From Oikopleura dioica (taxonomy: Eukaryota; Animalia; Chordata), in the NCBI GenBank assembly GCA_907165135.1, contig OU015569.1:11656001-11720000 (forward strand): 64,000 nt of DNA. Direction: 5' to 3'. The notes below the pieces were generated by a model, which was given only the letters and a program-made list of their open reading frames with translations, did no database searches and had not been told where the DNA came from. Positions 26,624 through 39,622 of this stretch are shown here, one piece after another (the first letter of the stretch is position 1; each line of letters opens with the position of its first letter). The position numbers were made by a program, and so were the translations under genes.

Positions 26624-27146
26624 TCCAAGACTAATCCATAAATGGCTTTATTTCGGCTCCAATGAGTTGAATTAGAGCTCGAACAGCTTCTTAATTTTGG
26701 GGGAAATATCATTTTCAAGCGGCCTTTTTTTGAAGAATTAACGAAGTGATATCCTTATTTTCGTTCTCCAAAATAGATGGTTACTTGAAATAAGGGTGTC
26801 ACAATGTTAAATCTAGTCGAAACGAGAATGACAACTTTGCTCGGTAAACTATGTAGAAAACCTGAGTCAGGCTTCCTTTCTTAAAAGATTTTCAGGACCC
26901 TGAGTCAGGTTTTCTACACAGTTTACCCAGCAAAGTTGTCAGTCTCGTTTCGACTAGATTTAACATTGTGACACCCTTATTTAAAATAACACTCTATTTT
27001 ACAAGGCAATAATAAGGATGTCACTTCGATAACTCTTGAAAAAAAGGCCGCTTAAAAATGATATTTCCCCCAAAATTAAGAAGCTGTTGGAGCTCTAATT
27101 TAACTCATTTGAGTCAAGATAAAGCCATTTATGGATTAGTCTTGGA
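26624..27146. repeat. About 520-bp palindrome centred on a family A core (about 26835-26935), with two family B motifs per arm
   Basis: TCCAAGACTAATCCATAAATGGCTTTAT at 26624 is the exact inverse of 27119-27146; the arms pair throughout. Confidence 0.92.
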
Positions 27147-28542
27147 AAAATTCTCTAACTTCATCTTTGTTCGCCAAATAAGGGCGTCACTCAGTTAACT
27201 CCGGGTGAAAGTGAGCTTGATTAGTTTTTTACGACCTTGACCTCATTGAATTATATTTTTGGCTTGATTGATTTGTGTAGCATTTTGAAGCTATGCTCGT
27301 AATTACATCTGCGGCGCACTTTTGGCGGGGTAGAAATTACGCCGATATTATTTTTGAGCTGTTTGGGGAGGACTGAAATAATAATGGAATATTGTGGACG
27401 ATATAAAATGGACGTCGCCCTGTCCAAACTGAGCATTAGCCAAGCGAGTGCCAATTGCGGTCGGCGCACAGTTCTCAAACCCCCAATTACTCCCTTCTTC
27501 ATCAAACACAATGCACAAATGTGATATCACTCCACTGTCCAAACAACGCTTTTAGAATACTGACTGATTTTGTAACAAGGCCGCCTTGTGTATGCGCAAT
27601 TTCTTGCAACTGATAACCCTCCTTATGAGACATCTTCAGTTGCGTTTGAAAATCTGAAATTTTATCGCGGAATCGAAATTTTCCCTGCGAAAAATCAAAC
27701 CAAAATTCAACTAAGGTCATTTATTAATCATCTCTTCCAGTAGTGACAAAAGAAACAAAAGTTTTCATAGGTTCATTTTCAATAAGGATTGGATTTTTTA
27801 AAAATATTTATCCTGTCTTCCCTGACAATATTTCATCTTGTATTGCTTCATTTAAATAAAATTTAAAATTCATTTCATTAATCTCATCTCACGCAAAGAT
27901 TCAACTTATTTTTATATTGAATATCGTTTTTCATATCCTCTCTTTCCTTTAGAAATAACATACTTTACTAATAAATGGCTACTTTAATAGAAGGCGCCAT
28001 TTTTCATCGCTCTCATCCTCTTCAGTTGATACTGCCCTTCTCTATAAATTTGGTCATTTGGCCTTTTGTATACTGAAAAATATAAAACATTATCGGTTGA
28101 TTGAAAGATGCTTGCGAAAAATGAGCCAAAGTGTTGTACTGTGTGTCAAATTTATTAACTTTATATAACATCCTGCCAATTGTAGGAGAGGAAAGTGATG
28201 TGCTTACAGTTTCATTACAGATATAGATTTGATGATTTATTTTTTCAAAATATTTCTCCAGGAGTAGACAAAAATACCATTATATCATATAATTTATATG
28301 CAACATTTTGAGAAGAATTGAAATTTATTTTACAATTCTCATTTTTTTCTTTTGAATTGCCTCTTTGCGCGGGTCTTTTTCATTCCTAAAATTACATCCG
28401 GGGGAAACAAAATTTTCTTTTTAACATGCATAATTCATTTTAAAGTCAATTCCCAATATATAAATTTATTAATTGATATAAAGAGACATAAATATTTCTA
28501 CAGTGAAAGTTTTACTGTAAAACAGATTCATAAGCATAAAAT

Positions 28543-30818
28543 TTAGCAATTACCCCTTACTGAGCAATTGTAAAAATTGTTTGCCACCATTGAAATTTGC
28601 TCACAGAGAGCTCGCCAGTCATCATCATAATTTGCATTTCTTTAAAATTAGTTTATTCTACCTTGTTATCGTTGGTACCTGTCAGGATGATACAATCTGG
28701 TCGCTTTTGTAAGACATTCATTTTCGTTGTATATTGTGGCTATCGGCATCTAAAAATGGCTAAAGAAGTTGCACTGTTTAATAAAATACAAATGAAAAGG
28801 AGATTATTTATTATTAGTACTTACAGTACCCTTCTTTGGAGGATGATGTTCGGCCAAGAACGCGAGAAATTCTCTTGGTTCTTTTTTGTCGAAATTCTGC
28901 TTTTTAAACTCCTCTATCACCTCAATCCCCTTTTCTGAAGGCTGAAAGGTTACACCAAAAGTTGACATCTCTGCTCTTTAATTTTTATTGATTAAAATCT
29001 TCAGTATGAGGATCTTACGCGCAGAGTTCCAAAAAACGCAAAATTCTCACGTGCGCGTGCGTGCGCGTGCGGAGAAATTTAGAATTTCGCGTGGGCGTGC
29101 GTGTGCTTACGAAAATGACTCTTGAACACGCGTGCACACGCGTGCGCGCGCGTACGTGATCCTGCGCGTGCAACAAAGGAAAAAAATCGCACAATTTTAG
29201 CATTTTTAGGCCTCTATAATTTTTTCAGTAATTAATTCTAGAACAATTATTGCAAAAACTAATCAAAATTATTTTGAAAGATAGGAAAACCGAAAATTTT
29301 ATGTGTTTGAATACACTCTGGAAATTGTTTTGGCATAAATTACCTGAAAACGCCAAATTCTCTAGGATTTTGATCACGCGCACGATCAGGCACGCGTGCG
29401 CGTGCGTGCGCAACAATTTTCAAAATCCGCAAACACGCGCACGCGTGCGCACGTACGCACTGTGTTTTGGAACTCTGCTTACGCGACTTTAGCAAGATAT
29501 TCTCTTGATCTTTTGAGCCAAAAGAAACCACTTGTATATCCGTTTTCATGCGCCGAATGAATGCAATCTCTATAGTATTCCTTGGCTTTAATTTTTGCGT
29601 GGGGCCGTTCATCAAATTCAGCGTAAATGTATCCCATCTCAGAAGCTATCACACATCTTGCTTTTTGGTCGATTCCAATCGTCAGATCGTATGCTCGTTT
29701 CTTATTTTATGTTTACAAGTAGGAGTTTCAAATACATACAAGAAGATCAAGAGCATCAATTACTCCAGCTTGGCGTCTTTTACTATCAATAGCTCTACTC
29801 ATCAATTCTCTAGCTTGATATAAATTTTGAAGGCCCTCGGATCGAGACAGGCTATCCCCGAGTTCATCTTGGAGCTCGTACAGTTGATTTATTTGCTCGT
29901 GAAACAGAACCTCCGTGTTAACATCTAGTTACTCATATATTAATTATCAGTCTTCTTAGAGATAGCCTACGCGGTAAAAGAGATTTTATTTCTTTGAGAA
30001 AAACCATTTCCATTCTTGTCCTATCCTTGAACCATGAGCGCACGTTTTCAATATTTTCGTACGGCGTTGCTCTCATTTCTTGGAGATAGTCCTTGTAATT
30101 CAGCGCCTCGTATGTGAGTTCTTTACAGACTTCCATCAAACTCACTGCTTTGACCTGAAGATTATCTGGTAGCAAAAGCAGACCAGCAGAAAGATATCTT
30201 AAGCAAATTTCTTTGAAGGTGAAATGGTAGTCGTCAGTCTTTGAAATATCCTTTATTTTTCGAGAGCACTTATGCAAACAGCGATTTTCTTGTCATTTTC
30301 CTTCTGCAAATCGGTTTCTCAATTATCGTTATTTCTTGATGCTTACAAGATTTTTACCGATCGAATCTGCTAAGTCACAACTTATTGCTCCATATCGAAC
30401 GCATTCCACGAAATTGACCATGGATTCCTGAAAAGAAGAAGCTGCACCCGCGTCGAGGTTAAGTTTCGTGAACATTGCTTCAACATCATCACCCACATCA
30501 GATGGAAGATTCACTTCTTTAGCCAAATTATAGTATAATTCCCCAAGTCGATTGTAGCAATTGCTAAGCGATTTCGAAATTGAAATTTTTTCAATAACTC
30601 CAGCTCGAGATCGAAGAAATTGAACGACCTTAATTCAAACAAAAATTTAATGAATTCACGATGAGTTCAACCTCGTAAGCATTTTTAAAATGCCTGATCG
30701 CGGATTTTAATGAATCAATTTTCATTTCAAAATCCGATGTCTGTATAAAATTTATAAATGAGGTTTTTCCACTTTCTCGACTAATTTTAGCAACACTTAT
30801 TTTTTTAGTATCGTTCAT
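28543..30818 (-). CDS. TPR-like helical protein with a C-terminal J-domain-like HPD motif; 5' end may extend upstream
   Basis: Spliced reading: LSNCYNRLGELYYNLAK ... ALDLLKRAYDLT...IASEMGYIYAEF...KAKEYYRDCI ... FLAFLAEHHPPKK ... CLTKATRLYHPDRNANYDDDWRALCEQISMVANNFY. GT-AG introns keep the frame. Confidence 0.65.
29022..29477. mobile_element. hAT-type MITE with GCGT/GCAC alternating repeats, in an intron of the TPR/J-like gene
   Basis: TIR CAGAGTTCCAAAA; 8-bp TSD CTTACGCG at 29014-29021 and 29478-29485. Confidence 0.93.
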
Positions 30819-31559
30819 TGAGAGTTGTTGTGTAATTTCTCTCCCGGTTTATTGGAATTTCGATGTGTCGTTTTCCCTGGCGCCTGACTGTAAAAAATTA
30901 CAGCGTAACAAAACAAATTTCATGGCGTGAAACGATCAAACAGAAAGTGTTAGACTTCTACCTGTCGAGTTATACCGATGAAAGTAAAGCATTGCCTGTG
31001 AAAAAAAAATTCGCCACTTCTAGCGCCTTTTTCCCAGTAGATTTATGTATTTCTCCTTTCCGCTCTAGACAATTAATTGGAGAAAAATATGCAAACTCGC
31101 ATAATTAATATTAAAAGTAAAATGAGCGATCTGGTCAGTCGCTTGCTCGGAATATCTCGCCCGAATCGCCGATTGTTACCACGCCGAAGTGGTTGTCTGG
31201 CTCCTCCCAAGCCACCCAAACTTTCCTCGCTCGGCTCTTTCTTTTTCACCGCTGCTGCACCCTGTCAGGTTCTGGAAGAGCAAAAATGAAAAGCCGCGTA
31301 GCGGCTTTTTTTAAAAACGAAGCCGCTTTGTGAAAACAAAATTCACACAAGAAGGTACATTTCTTCCTTGATTGCAATCCAAAACAACCAGTATTTTTTT
31401 TACAATGTTCAAAATCATTTATGTATTTCAAGTTTTCATGCTTTGTCGTTGCCAGAAGAATGATTGTAGAAATTTTGTTAAAGTGTAAAAACAGTAGAAT
31501 TATAATAAAACATTCGCATCGGGTCGCATCATCATTTCGCTAACAGAGCATTTCTCTTA

Positions 31560-34477
31560 TTAGTTCATCTTGACGGGTTTGATCATGTTTTCGATTCTGC
31601 TCACGATGTCCTTCTTGGTTTTCGCCATGTCCTTGGTGAAGTCCTCTTCGTAAATCTAAATTGAAGAATGACGATTTTGGAGGGAGAAGGGGTCTAGTCT
31701 TGGTTTGGGAATCTGTGTTGAAAACCTGAGTCAGGTTCTGAAACGTTTAAATTATAAGCCGCGTAGCGGCTTTTTTTTGAAAACGAAGCCGCAAATCGGC
31801 GCGGCTTTTCATTTAGTATTCTAAGAATCTGACTCAGGCTTTTCACACAGGCTTCCGAGCAGAGCTTAAAAATCTATAAAAGCAAGACTAGGAAATGAGC
31901 CGGAAGCAGATCGGATATAAGTTTGTAACCAAGCAAGACGTTTTGAAAGTAATAGGCAATGCTTTACCAATTCTTTCGGAAATATAATTTGTTTGATTCG
32001 AAATTTATTGCTGCGCCAAACATGGCAGTAAAGCGGCGCGAAATTGGTGCGTCTCATCAAGATGTTAGCTTCATCTCGTCAATTTAATGAGCAGCGCTCA
32101 TAAACCAGTGCATTCCGCGCTTTATGATGTCCTTTCCGAGTGAAAAAGTATCAATGATGCTAATTGCTCGCATTAAAAGCTCGTTATAAAATATAGTTTA
32201 TGGGCGCTGCTGCTCTCAAAACCAAAGGCATCAAAACATGTCTGAAGAGTTTTAAAACGTACCTTGTGGTAGGCCTCCTTCGCCGGCTTGGCAACCTGAT
32301 CGGAAATGAAGTTGCCTTCCAAATCCTTGATGTGGTTTCGTCGCACAATGACGGGGTGGATTTCGTCGTAGAATGGATGGGCCAAGTGTTTGCAGACTAG
32401 AAAAAGAAGAATTGAAAAGGACGCGATTCAAAATACTCAGAAGGGAAATAAACCGCTTCATTACTATTCGAGCTTGGCAACCTGTGTAAAAAAGCTGAGT
32501 CAGGATTGGAAACGGCTTCCTGACTCAGGTTTTTACAGAGATTGCCGTATGATCCGGTCCGTGGTTCTATTTGTTTTGATAGTAGGGGGTTATCATTCGA
32601 GCTGCCCCTAACCCTAAACCTAACCCAGGGGGTAGGCCCCCTGGGACCCCCCAGGAGGGGCCTAAACCAGGGGGCTTCGCCCCCCGGACCCCCCTTAAGA
32701 GTTCCCAGTCCCTAACCCTAACCACTAGCTCAGATTCTAGAGATCTTGGATGGCTCGAATCATAGGCTCGAATGATAACCCCTCTCTTCGTTTGTTTTCT
32801 TACTTGGAAGAAGCTCGTTGTAGAGATCGTGGGTGGAGTCTTTGACAGTCGAGTGATTGAGTTTGGACATTCGTCGGGCTGGAACATCCTCAGCATCATC
32901 AACTTCGTCTCCAAGGGATTGGCTCAGCTGTCTATAAAACGAGAATGGACTTGATGAACTATGGTTTCGGAGGAAAAATATAAAACTGTCAAAAACACGA
33001 TTTTTATTGCTAACTTAAAAATTGCTACCGGAATTTGCAAAATAACGATTCGCTACAATGTAATTCATAGCTGGTAATAACTGATTATTGAACGTTTTTC
33101 TTACCTGGCACTGGCTAGCTGGTTGGCATCCCATTCTTCATCAGTGACGATGACCAGGAGTCGCTTTCGACCGGCGTGGTCGGCGCTGCTTGGGAGAGCC
33201 GCTTCCAATTCCTGGGCGAATTCATCCAAGGAGAGATCCTTGTTGATTTCAGCAATATTTTCTTTTACGTCTATTGCTGGTTGTATTTTGTGGTGTCAAA
33301 AGTGACGTTTTTATCGACTCTAGCTAAAGTGCATATTTGTGCGTCTTTGTCTACAAGCTTTGAAGCATGTTTTTGTTATTACATCTAACCCTAACCCAAA
33401 CCCTAACCAACCAATTAAAATCCAGGGAAACGTAGCTTATTGATGGTATTGTAAAAAAATCGTTAAAGAGTTTGGTTAATTCTAGGGGAAAGAGCTGAAA
33501 TCATGCCTGAAGAGCGAGGAAAAGCTGTGAGTTTCCGTCGAGAGCATCAACTCCTCGGAGCTGAGCGGGAAGCTGTCGATCTTGAGAAACAGTTGTTGGG
33601 CCGTGTTCGAAGTTGTACTGTCGAAGAGTCACGCCTTCGTCTTCGAAGAGAACACCCCGGCTGCCGGGCTTGTATTTGATGTCCTGGTTCTTGAATCCGG
33701 AGAATTGAACAACGGTCGCTGTCGCCAAGCTGGTTCTGTCGGCAACGTCCTAAAAAGTGATGTAAAAATGCCTCGTCGCTCGTTATTTTTTATTTACATT
33801 GACGAGTTGACCAGCCCAGTCCATTGCTTCCTCGAACTGGGTGCCGCTGGTGCTGGTATCTTTGCAGCTGGAGTCGAAGGAGTCGGAACCGTCGATGAGG
33901 ATGACGAGATCGAGGGCGACTGGATTGTAGACATCTGGAACGGGCGTTGGTGGCTTCACTGGAGCTGGGCCGCAGAGACACTCGCCTCCGATTCGGATAT
34001 CGTCGAGCTTGGCTTTTGTCACCACGGCTACTCGGGCATGGATGTTGATTCTGAAGAAATTCTCAAACTAGGACTTCAATTGGTCTTTCAATGTCTTTTA
34101 AAAATTCGCTCCCAGACATTGAAAACTGAGCTCAGAAACCTGAGTTCAAAACTTGAAAGAACTTGACTGAAAAGCCGCGTAGCGGCTTTCTTGAAATCGA
34201 AGCCGCAAAGCGGCTTCGTCAAGAAAAACCATTCCCATCCATGTTTTATTTCGGCGAAGCCGCATAGCGGCTTCGTTTCAAAAAAGCCGTTAGGCGGCTT
34301 TTCATTCAAGTTCTTTCAGGCCCTGAAAACAGTTTGCCGAGTCCAGCTTTTTCGGAAATCATCAAAAGATATATTCTCCCTCAATCGATCTCTCTCTCTC
34401 TCTGTAGGAAATGTCTGTACTCACTCTCCATGCATAGCAACCTCGGGTGAGGTGACGCAAATTTCTCTTCGAGGCAT
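31560..34477 (-). CDS. VWA-domain protein without a signal peptide
   Basis: MPRREICVTSPE...ALDLVILIDGSDSF (DxSxS), ATVVQFSG, GNSQLFLALQDLSL, KRLLVIVTDEEW, end IENMIKPVKMN*. One intron needs a GC donor (33506). Confidence 0.8.
34126..34346. mobile_element. Family A MITE, four hairpins, in VWA intron 1
   Basis: Degenerate TIRs; loops GTA, AAA, ATA and a degenerate fourth. Confidence 0.8.
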
Positions 34478-35649
34478 GTTGGTTAAAATCTGTTTCAGAA
34501 CAAACTGATGCGATGATCAAAAAGCAAGCCAAAACTGCCTTTTTTAAGGCGGCCTCCAATAACGATTCTGATTTTACGATTTTCGGCACTCCCAAGGGCT
34601 ACGGACTTCGAGCATAAGTTGTACTTATTTAGTACCAGATCTTTGTGAGAACCTCGCAAATACTTTTTAAGCACACTCCCGCATAGTAGCGCATTCTTTG
34701 ACATCTTACTCTTAGGAATAGAAGTGAAAATATCAAAAGCTTTAGATAATGAGCAGATTCAGCTTTACAGGCCCAAAATGTCACGTTATCCATTTTTCAG
34801 CTTACAGTCATCCGTAGCCGGCCAAAGGCGCCTTTTTCGAATTTTCAAATTTTTGATCCCTCCTATCTCGAGCATTAGATTAACTATCATTTAAGACTCC
34901 CTCTATTTAATAGAATTCTTTACCACCTTCAACATACTGTGAGAAAACAAAATATCGATAAGAAAAAGTGGTCGAAAATAGCATTAGAAATTTAGCTTTG
35001 AACGGCTTTTCCCCTCAAAACGTCCACGTGTAGGAAGAAAATGACTTTTTTCACTACAATACTAAGAAAATCCACCTCGAAAGGGACGAGAAATGTGCTT
35101 TCCAGAACATCACCTATCGACGAAAATTACCAAAAAGATCAACTATATTCTTAAAGCTGTTTTCGCGGTAAACCCTAACTGTAACCCTAACCCTAATACT
35201 GTATTAGTAATACAGTTGTAATTCGTTTCCACAGATGGAGTTGCTTTCTTTTTCCCAAATATCATTTTTTGTGCATTTTTTCAAGCAAATTTAATGATCA
35301 ACATTATCATAAATCAATTTTGTGTCAATCAAATCATGTGTGGCAAGAATTTAACGACGGGATTTTAATTTGACAAAAATGAAAAACAAAAATTTACTGT
35401 TTTTTTCTCGTCATTCTATGGCCAATAAAGAATGTCAATAAAGCTAAACTTATCTTCGAAATTCCTCGCACTAAAAGTTTCACGAAGGTCAGATGGCTTT
35501 GGTGAGAGTTATTTTCGAAGAGTCTCAAGTTCAGAATGTAAACTTATGATGATCATCAAGTCTCTTTTTTTTGAAGCTACTACGCCAGTATTTTAAAATT
35601 TAAAATTAAAATTTTTAAATTACTAGAATAAAATGACAGGCGAAAAAAA

Positions 35650-35808
35650 GGGAAGGTGTCTTGAACCGACAAAAAAATTTCGACAAATTTTCCGTGGAAA
35701 TTTTCAACCAATCAGAAGCCTGGATTTGGCAAATCGGCCAATCAGCAGCCGAGTAGCCGCCCACGCAAAATTTGTCGAAATTTTTTTGTCGGTTCTAGAC
35801 ACCACCCC
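35650..35808. mobile_element. Family D MITE, copy 2 (opposite orientation to 16241)
   Basis: Same TIR and core; TSD GAAAAAAA / GAATAAAA (7 of 8). Confidence 0.88.
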
Positions 35809-36136
35809 GAATAAAACCGCATTTCTTCCTTGATTGCGGAAAAATTTGAAACAAAAAAGCGCGATTTCTACTAAAAAACTATCCGTCCTGGGCTCGCCAA
35901 CCTGTGTAAAAACCTGAGTCAGGGCCCTGAAAAAACTTGAACAAAATACGCGCCTTTCACAAGCCTGACTCAGGTTTCCACACAGGTTGCCAATGCAAAC
36001 ACTCAACCCTTTTTTGCAAAACATCGAAGCAATCCCAAAACAAGAAGACACAACAAACGCGTGGTTAAATAAAATCATAAAATCATTGTTGTTTTTCCTT
36101 GTGGTTGCAGAAAGCGCGTTTCTCTATTCGTCTTCT

Positions 36137-38371
36137 TTATTTCTTGTTCATCCATTTTGATTTGAAAATTTGCTCCATCGTTATTCTCCGATTATGATCG
36201 AACGACAGGATGTGCAGAAGCAGGTCTTTCAATTCTGCTCAAGGCTCAGGATGTTAACTCTTAATTCATGGTCCTTGTTGTCGTTTCCGGCAGATTATTA
36301 AAGCTCGAAAAAGTCAGGAGAATCTGGCTCCTGTATCCTGTGGAGAACTGGGCTCGGCAGCCTGAGTAGAAAACCTGAGTCAGGGTCTGAAAGACTGAAA
36401 ATGAAAAGCCGCGTAGCGGCTTTTTTAAAAACGAAGCCGCGAAGCGGCTTCGCGAAGTTATCATTCAATCTCATTCTAAAGTTCTGGCGAAGCCGCTTTG
36501 CGGCTTCGTTTAAAAAAAAGCCGCTACGCGGCTTTTCATTTTAAGTCCCTTACAGACCCTTACTCAGGTTTTCTACTCAGGTTGCCGAGCCCAGCCATCC
36601 AAGATAGCAATAATTTTGGACCTCGATACATGTTTTGATAAATGAGCCTTTTCCTTTAGTCAAATTCGGCAATATCGAAGATGGAATGTGAAGTGGTGCT
36701 CGCTAAAAATAGAAAATACGAAACAGAAAAGACGAAATTCACCAACCTGGTCGGACAGAAGAGTTTTAATGTTGCTATCTCGGAAAGGCATAGAGCTGCA
36801 AATCATGATGTAAAGAATCACTCCCATGCTCCAGATGTCAGCTTTCGTCCCAATGTACGGAGTCCCTTTTTTAGTCGAACTTTAGATCGTCAGTAATTCA
36901 TCAAAACTGTACCTTGAAGGAGCTCAGGAGCGGCATAGGCGGCAGATCCACAGAATGTCTTCGAAAGATCAGTTGGCTTGAGAGAACGGGCGAATCCAAA
37001 ATCGGCGATTTTGATTGTATTGTTCGAACAAATCAAAATGTTTTCGCATTTTAAATCTCTGTGGACGATTTCGTTCTCGTGAAGATACTTGATTCCTTTG
37101 AAAGAATGCTAAAGAAGATTTAATTTTTGCGAGCTTACCATTGCACATTTCCGTGAAAATTCTTCGGCAGTCGCTTTCCTTTTCGCAAAGGTTCTGTTTC
37201 AAAGTAAATGGTCAGTAGTTCTAGTAGGGTTAAATAATTCTACAACAGTGCCAGACGATAACGAACTTTCCCATCAAGGAAAATCTGTTTCCTGATTGGT
37301 TGACTTTGTTTTCTCAACCAAACAGAAGCCATCATTTCTTGCGTCAGCGAATCACAAGATATCCCTCACCCTAACTCCCTTCAGATACCCTGGCCCGAAC
37401 TCAAACCCTAACCCAGTCGATAAAGCAGTAACTACACGTCCTACTGTCATCGTAAAGTCAGAACCATGCCTTTAGCGACCCGCGAAGACGTACAAAAGCC
37501 AACAGATCTCCCTTGCCAGCCCATTCCAGCGCGATGAAGACTTTGTGGTTGATCGTTATGATCTCGAACGTCTGCACAACATTCGGATGATGAACCTAAA
37601 AAGAAGAATTCAAACTACCTCGAAGAAATCGCTCCGTACTTTTCGCAGTATTTCAAGCTCACGGGGGAGAAACTTTTCCAGAAAATCCTTGGGCGCCGTC
37701 TTTTTGTTGATGATCTTTATCGCTATTTTCTCAAAAAAAGGATCAATACTTGCACCTTCCTTATTATACTCAATCTGGCCTCGACACCCTGCGTAAAATT
37801 CCTGAGTCAGGGTCCTAAAAGATCCCTAATGAAAGCCGCGTTCCAAAGAACGAAGCCGCTTTACTTCGTTTTTTGTTGCATATTTTTTCAGTACCCTGAC
37901 TCAGGATTTCTACTCAGGTTCCCGAGTCTAGATAGAAGTTTTCTTTTCCCTTCTTTCTTATCGATTTAAAAGTCCTAGTTATTTAGTTAATTATTCCTAA
38001 AATAAACCTCTTTTTACTGTCAAAAACGTGCAGTATTGATCACTGATTTCCTTTTTCTCAGCTGGACTCTCGCCTGGTTTCGACCACGTACAGTGTTTTA
38101 CCTTACTGTAAGTGCCTTCTCCCATCTCGGCACCGATCGTGTAGCCATGACGAGCGAGAATCTCGGTCTAAACTCGGCCTTTTCAACTTTTCAAAAAAAA
38201 AAATTAAAAATTTCAAGCTCTTTAAGAAACACTTTCGAAAATACAAATTTTAATTTTTTGATTGACGCTAGAAAATTCAAAATTTGGCAAGAGCGCTCGT
38301 TTTTAACAAGTTTTAAAATGATGAAAAAGCCTTGCCTCATTTATAGGACCGGCAGCCACGGGGGGTACCAT
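36137..38371 (-). CDS. TSSK: Testis-specific serine/threonine kinase family (TSSK)
   Basis: [15 protein letters not shown]...[61 protein letters not shown]. Four introns need GC or GA donors. Confidence 0.92.
36348..36594. mobile_element. Family A MITE, four hairpins, in a TSSK intron
   Basis: TIRs plus loops GTA, GAA, TTT, TAC. Confidence 0.93.
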
Positions 38372-39622
38372 CGGAAAACTGGTGGAAGTAAAGCATAATC
38401 CTTAACCGATACATTTCGTTTCTAGAAAATCGTATCCCAGTTCCAGGTATTTTTCAAAACATCGATGATTTTACCAATTTTTTTTTCGATCAATTCAAGT
38501 TACGTAACCATTTCCAGAGCATTATTTCAGGGTTGATTTTTCCCTTTATTTTTTCGTTCTGGGCTCGGAAACCTGTGTAGAAACCTGAGTCAGGGTCCTG
38601 AAAGAGATTCAGAAATACATTGAAGTAGTTATCTTGTCGAAGCCGCTTTGCGGCTTCGTTTTTAAAAAAGCCGCTGCGCAGTTTTTTACTAAAGCTGTTT
38701 CAGGACCCTATAGATCTCTAATCTCTAATGCCTCACAGACCCTGACTCAGGCTTTCTACACTGGCTGTCGAAGCAAGGAAACTGACATTCGAGCTTTTGT
38801 TCTTGACAATTTTTAAGAAGTATATTTTGAACTTTGAAATAAATGAATGAAAAGAAGTCGTAAATGCAGTTTTCTAGCCTAATTGACGGTAAAATGAATG
38901 AATATTAATTCAAATCCTCTTTTTTTTTCGTCGAACGAAAAGGGCATTTTCGCACCTCAGTCAGGTCATTACAGTATCTTCAGCAAAGGTTAACGAAGTA
39001 GTCTGAGGAGATGCTAATCTCTAACGAGCTGGAAAATTGCAACAGCAAAATAAGCCTCAAAAAAGCAAAAGAAAAGACGCCTTCAAAAGCGATTTTTGTG
39101 AAATCATGAAAGAGACCAGTGAAAATTTGGAAAATGTCTTCTTACCAGGCTGGGCACGGGAATCGAAATCGACTCTTTTAAAAATTACGAGAATTGGCGC
39201 TTGAATTTTGTAAAATTTCGGAAAAAAGAACGCTCTGGAAAGAAATTTGCTTGGATGCTGTGTTGGTTTAGTACTCTTTGCCGTGCTAATTTTTATCAAC
39301 TGGATATTTATTTCAAAGGAGAAGAAGAAAAAGGAAAAGGAACAACAGAGAGTTGCTAAATTGAAAGAAAAAAAGTAAGAACCCACTCATAAAAGAGGGG
39401 TCCCCTTAACTTCCTTTCAAGGCTTTAAGTCTTAAGGGTGTCAACAACGATTTCGCCAAAGTTTTGAGACCGTTTTAGGTTAGATAATCTAAACGCAAGT
39501 TTAATTTTTTGGATCGTTGTTGACACCGTTGTTGAAGCGACATCCTTATTTCAACAAATTCTAGTGCAAAACAGGAAGAAGCTGAGCATTACCGTCTGGA
39601 AGAGCGGCGATTGAGCAAAGTC

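Noticed and set aside
26789-26815. ATGTTAAAT in the family B motif resembles the XerD arm of dif
   Set aside because: No XerC-like arm or 6-bp spacer symmetry, and the motif varies at these positions in other copies.
27251-27720. ANAQFGQGDVHF resembling MMP or SRCR motifs
   Set aside because: No zinc-binding HExxH or cysteine pattern, and no convincing gene model.
30255-30330. Apparent frameshift in the TPR/J-like gene
   Set aside because: An alternative GT-AG pair (ATC G|GTAAAA ... GACAAG|AA AAT) restores the frame.
33582-34166. Long + strand ORF (194 aa) and similar antisense ORFs over SoxD, MIOX and ASB
   Set aside because: They are shadows of well-supported genes on the opposite strand, with no domain signal.
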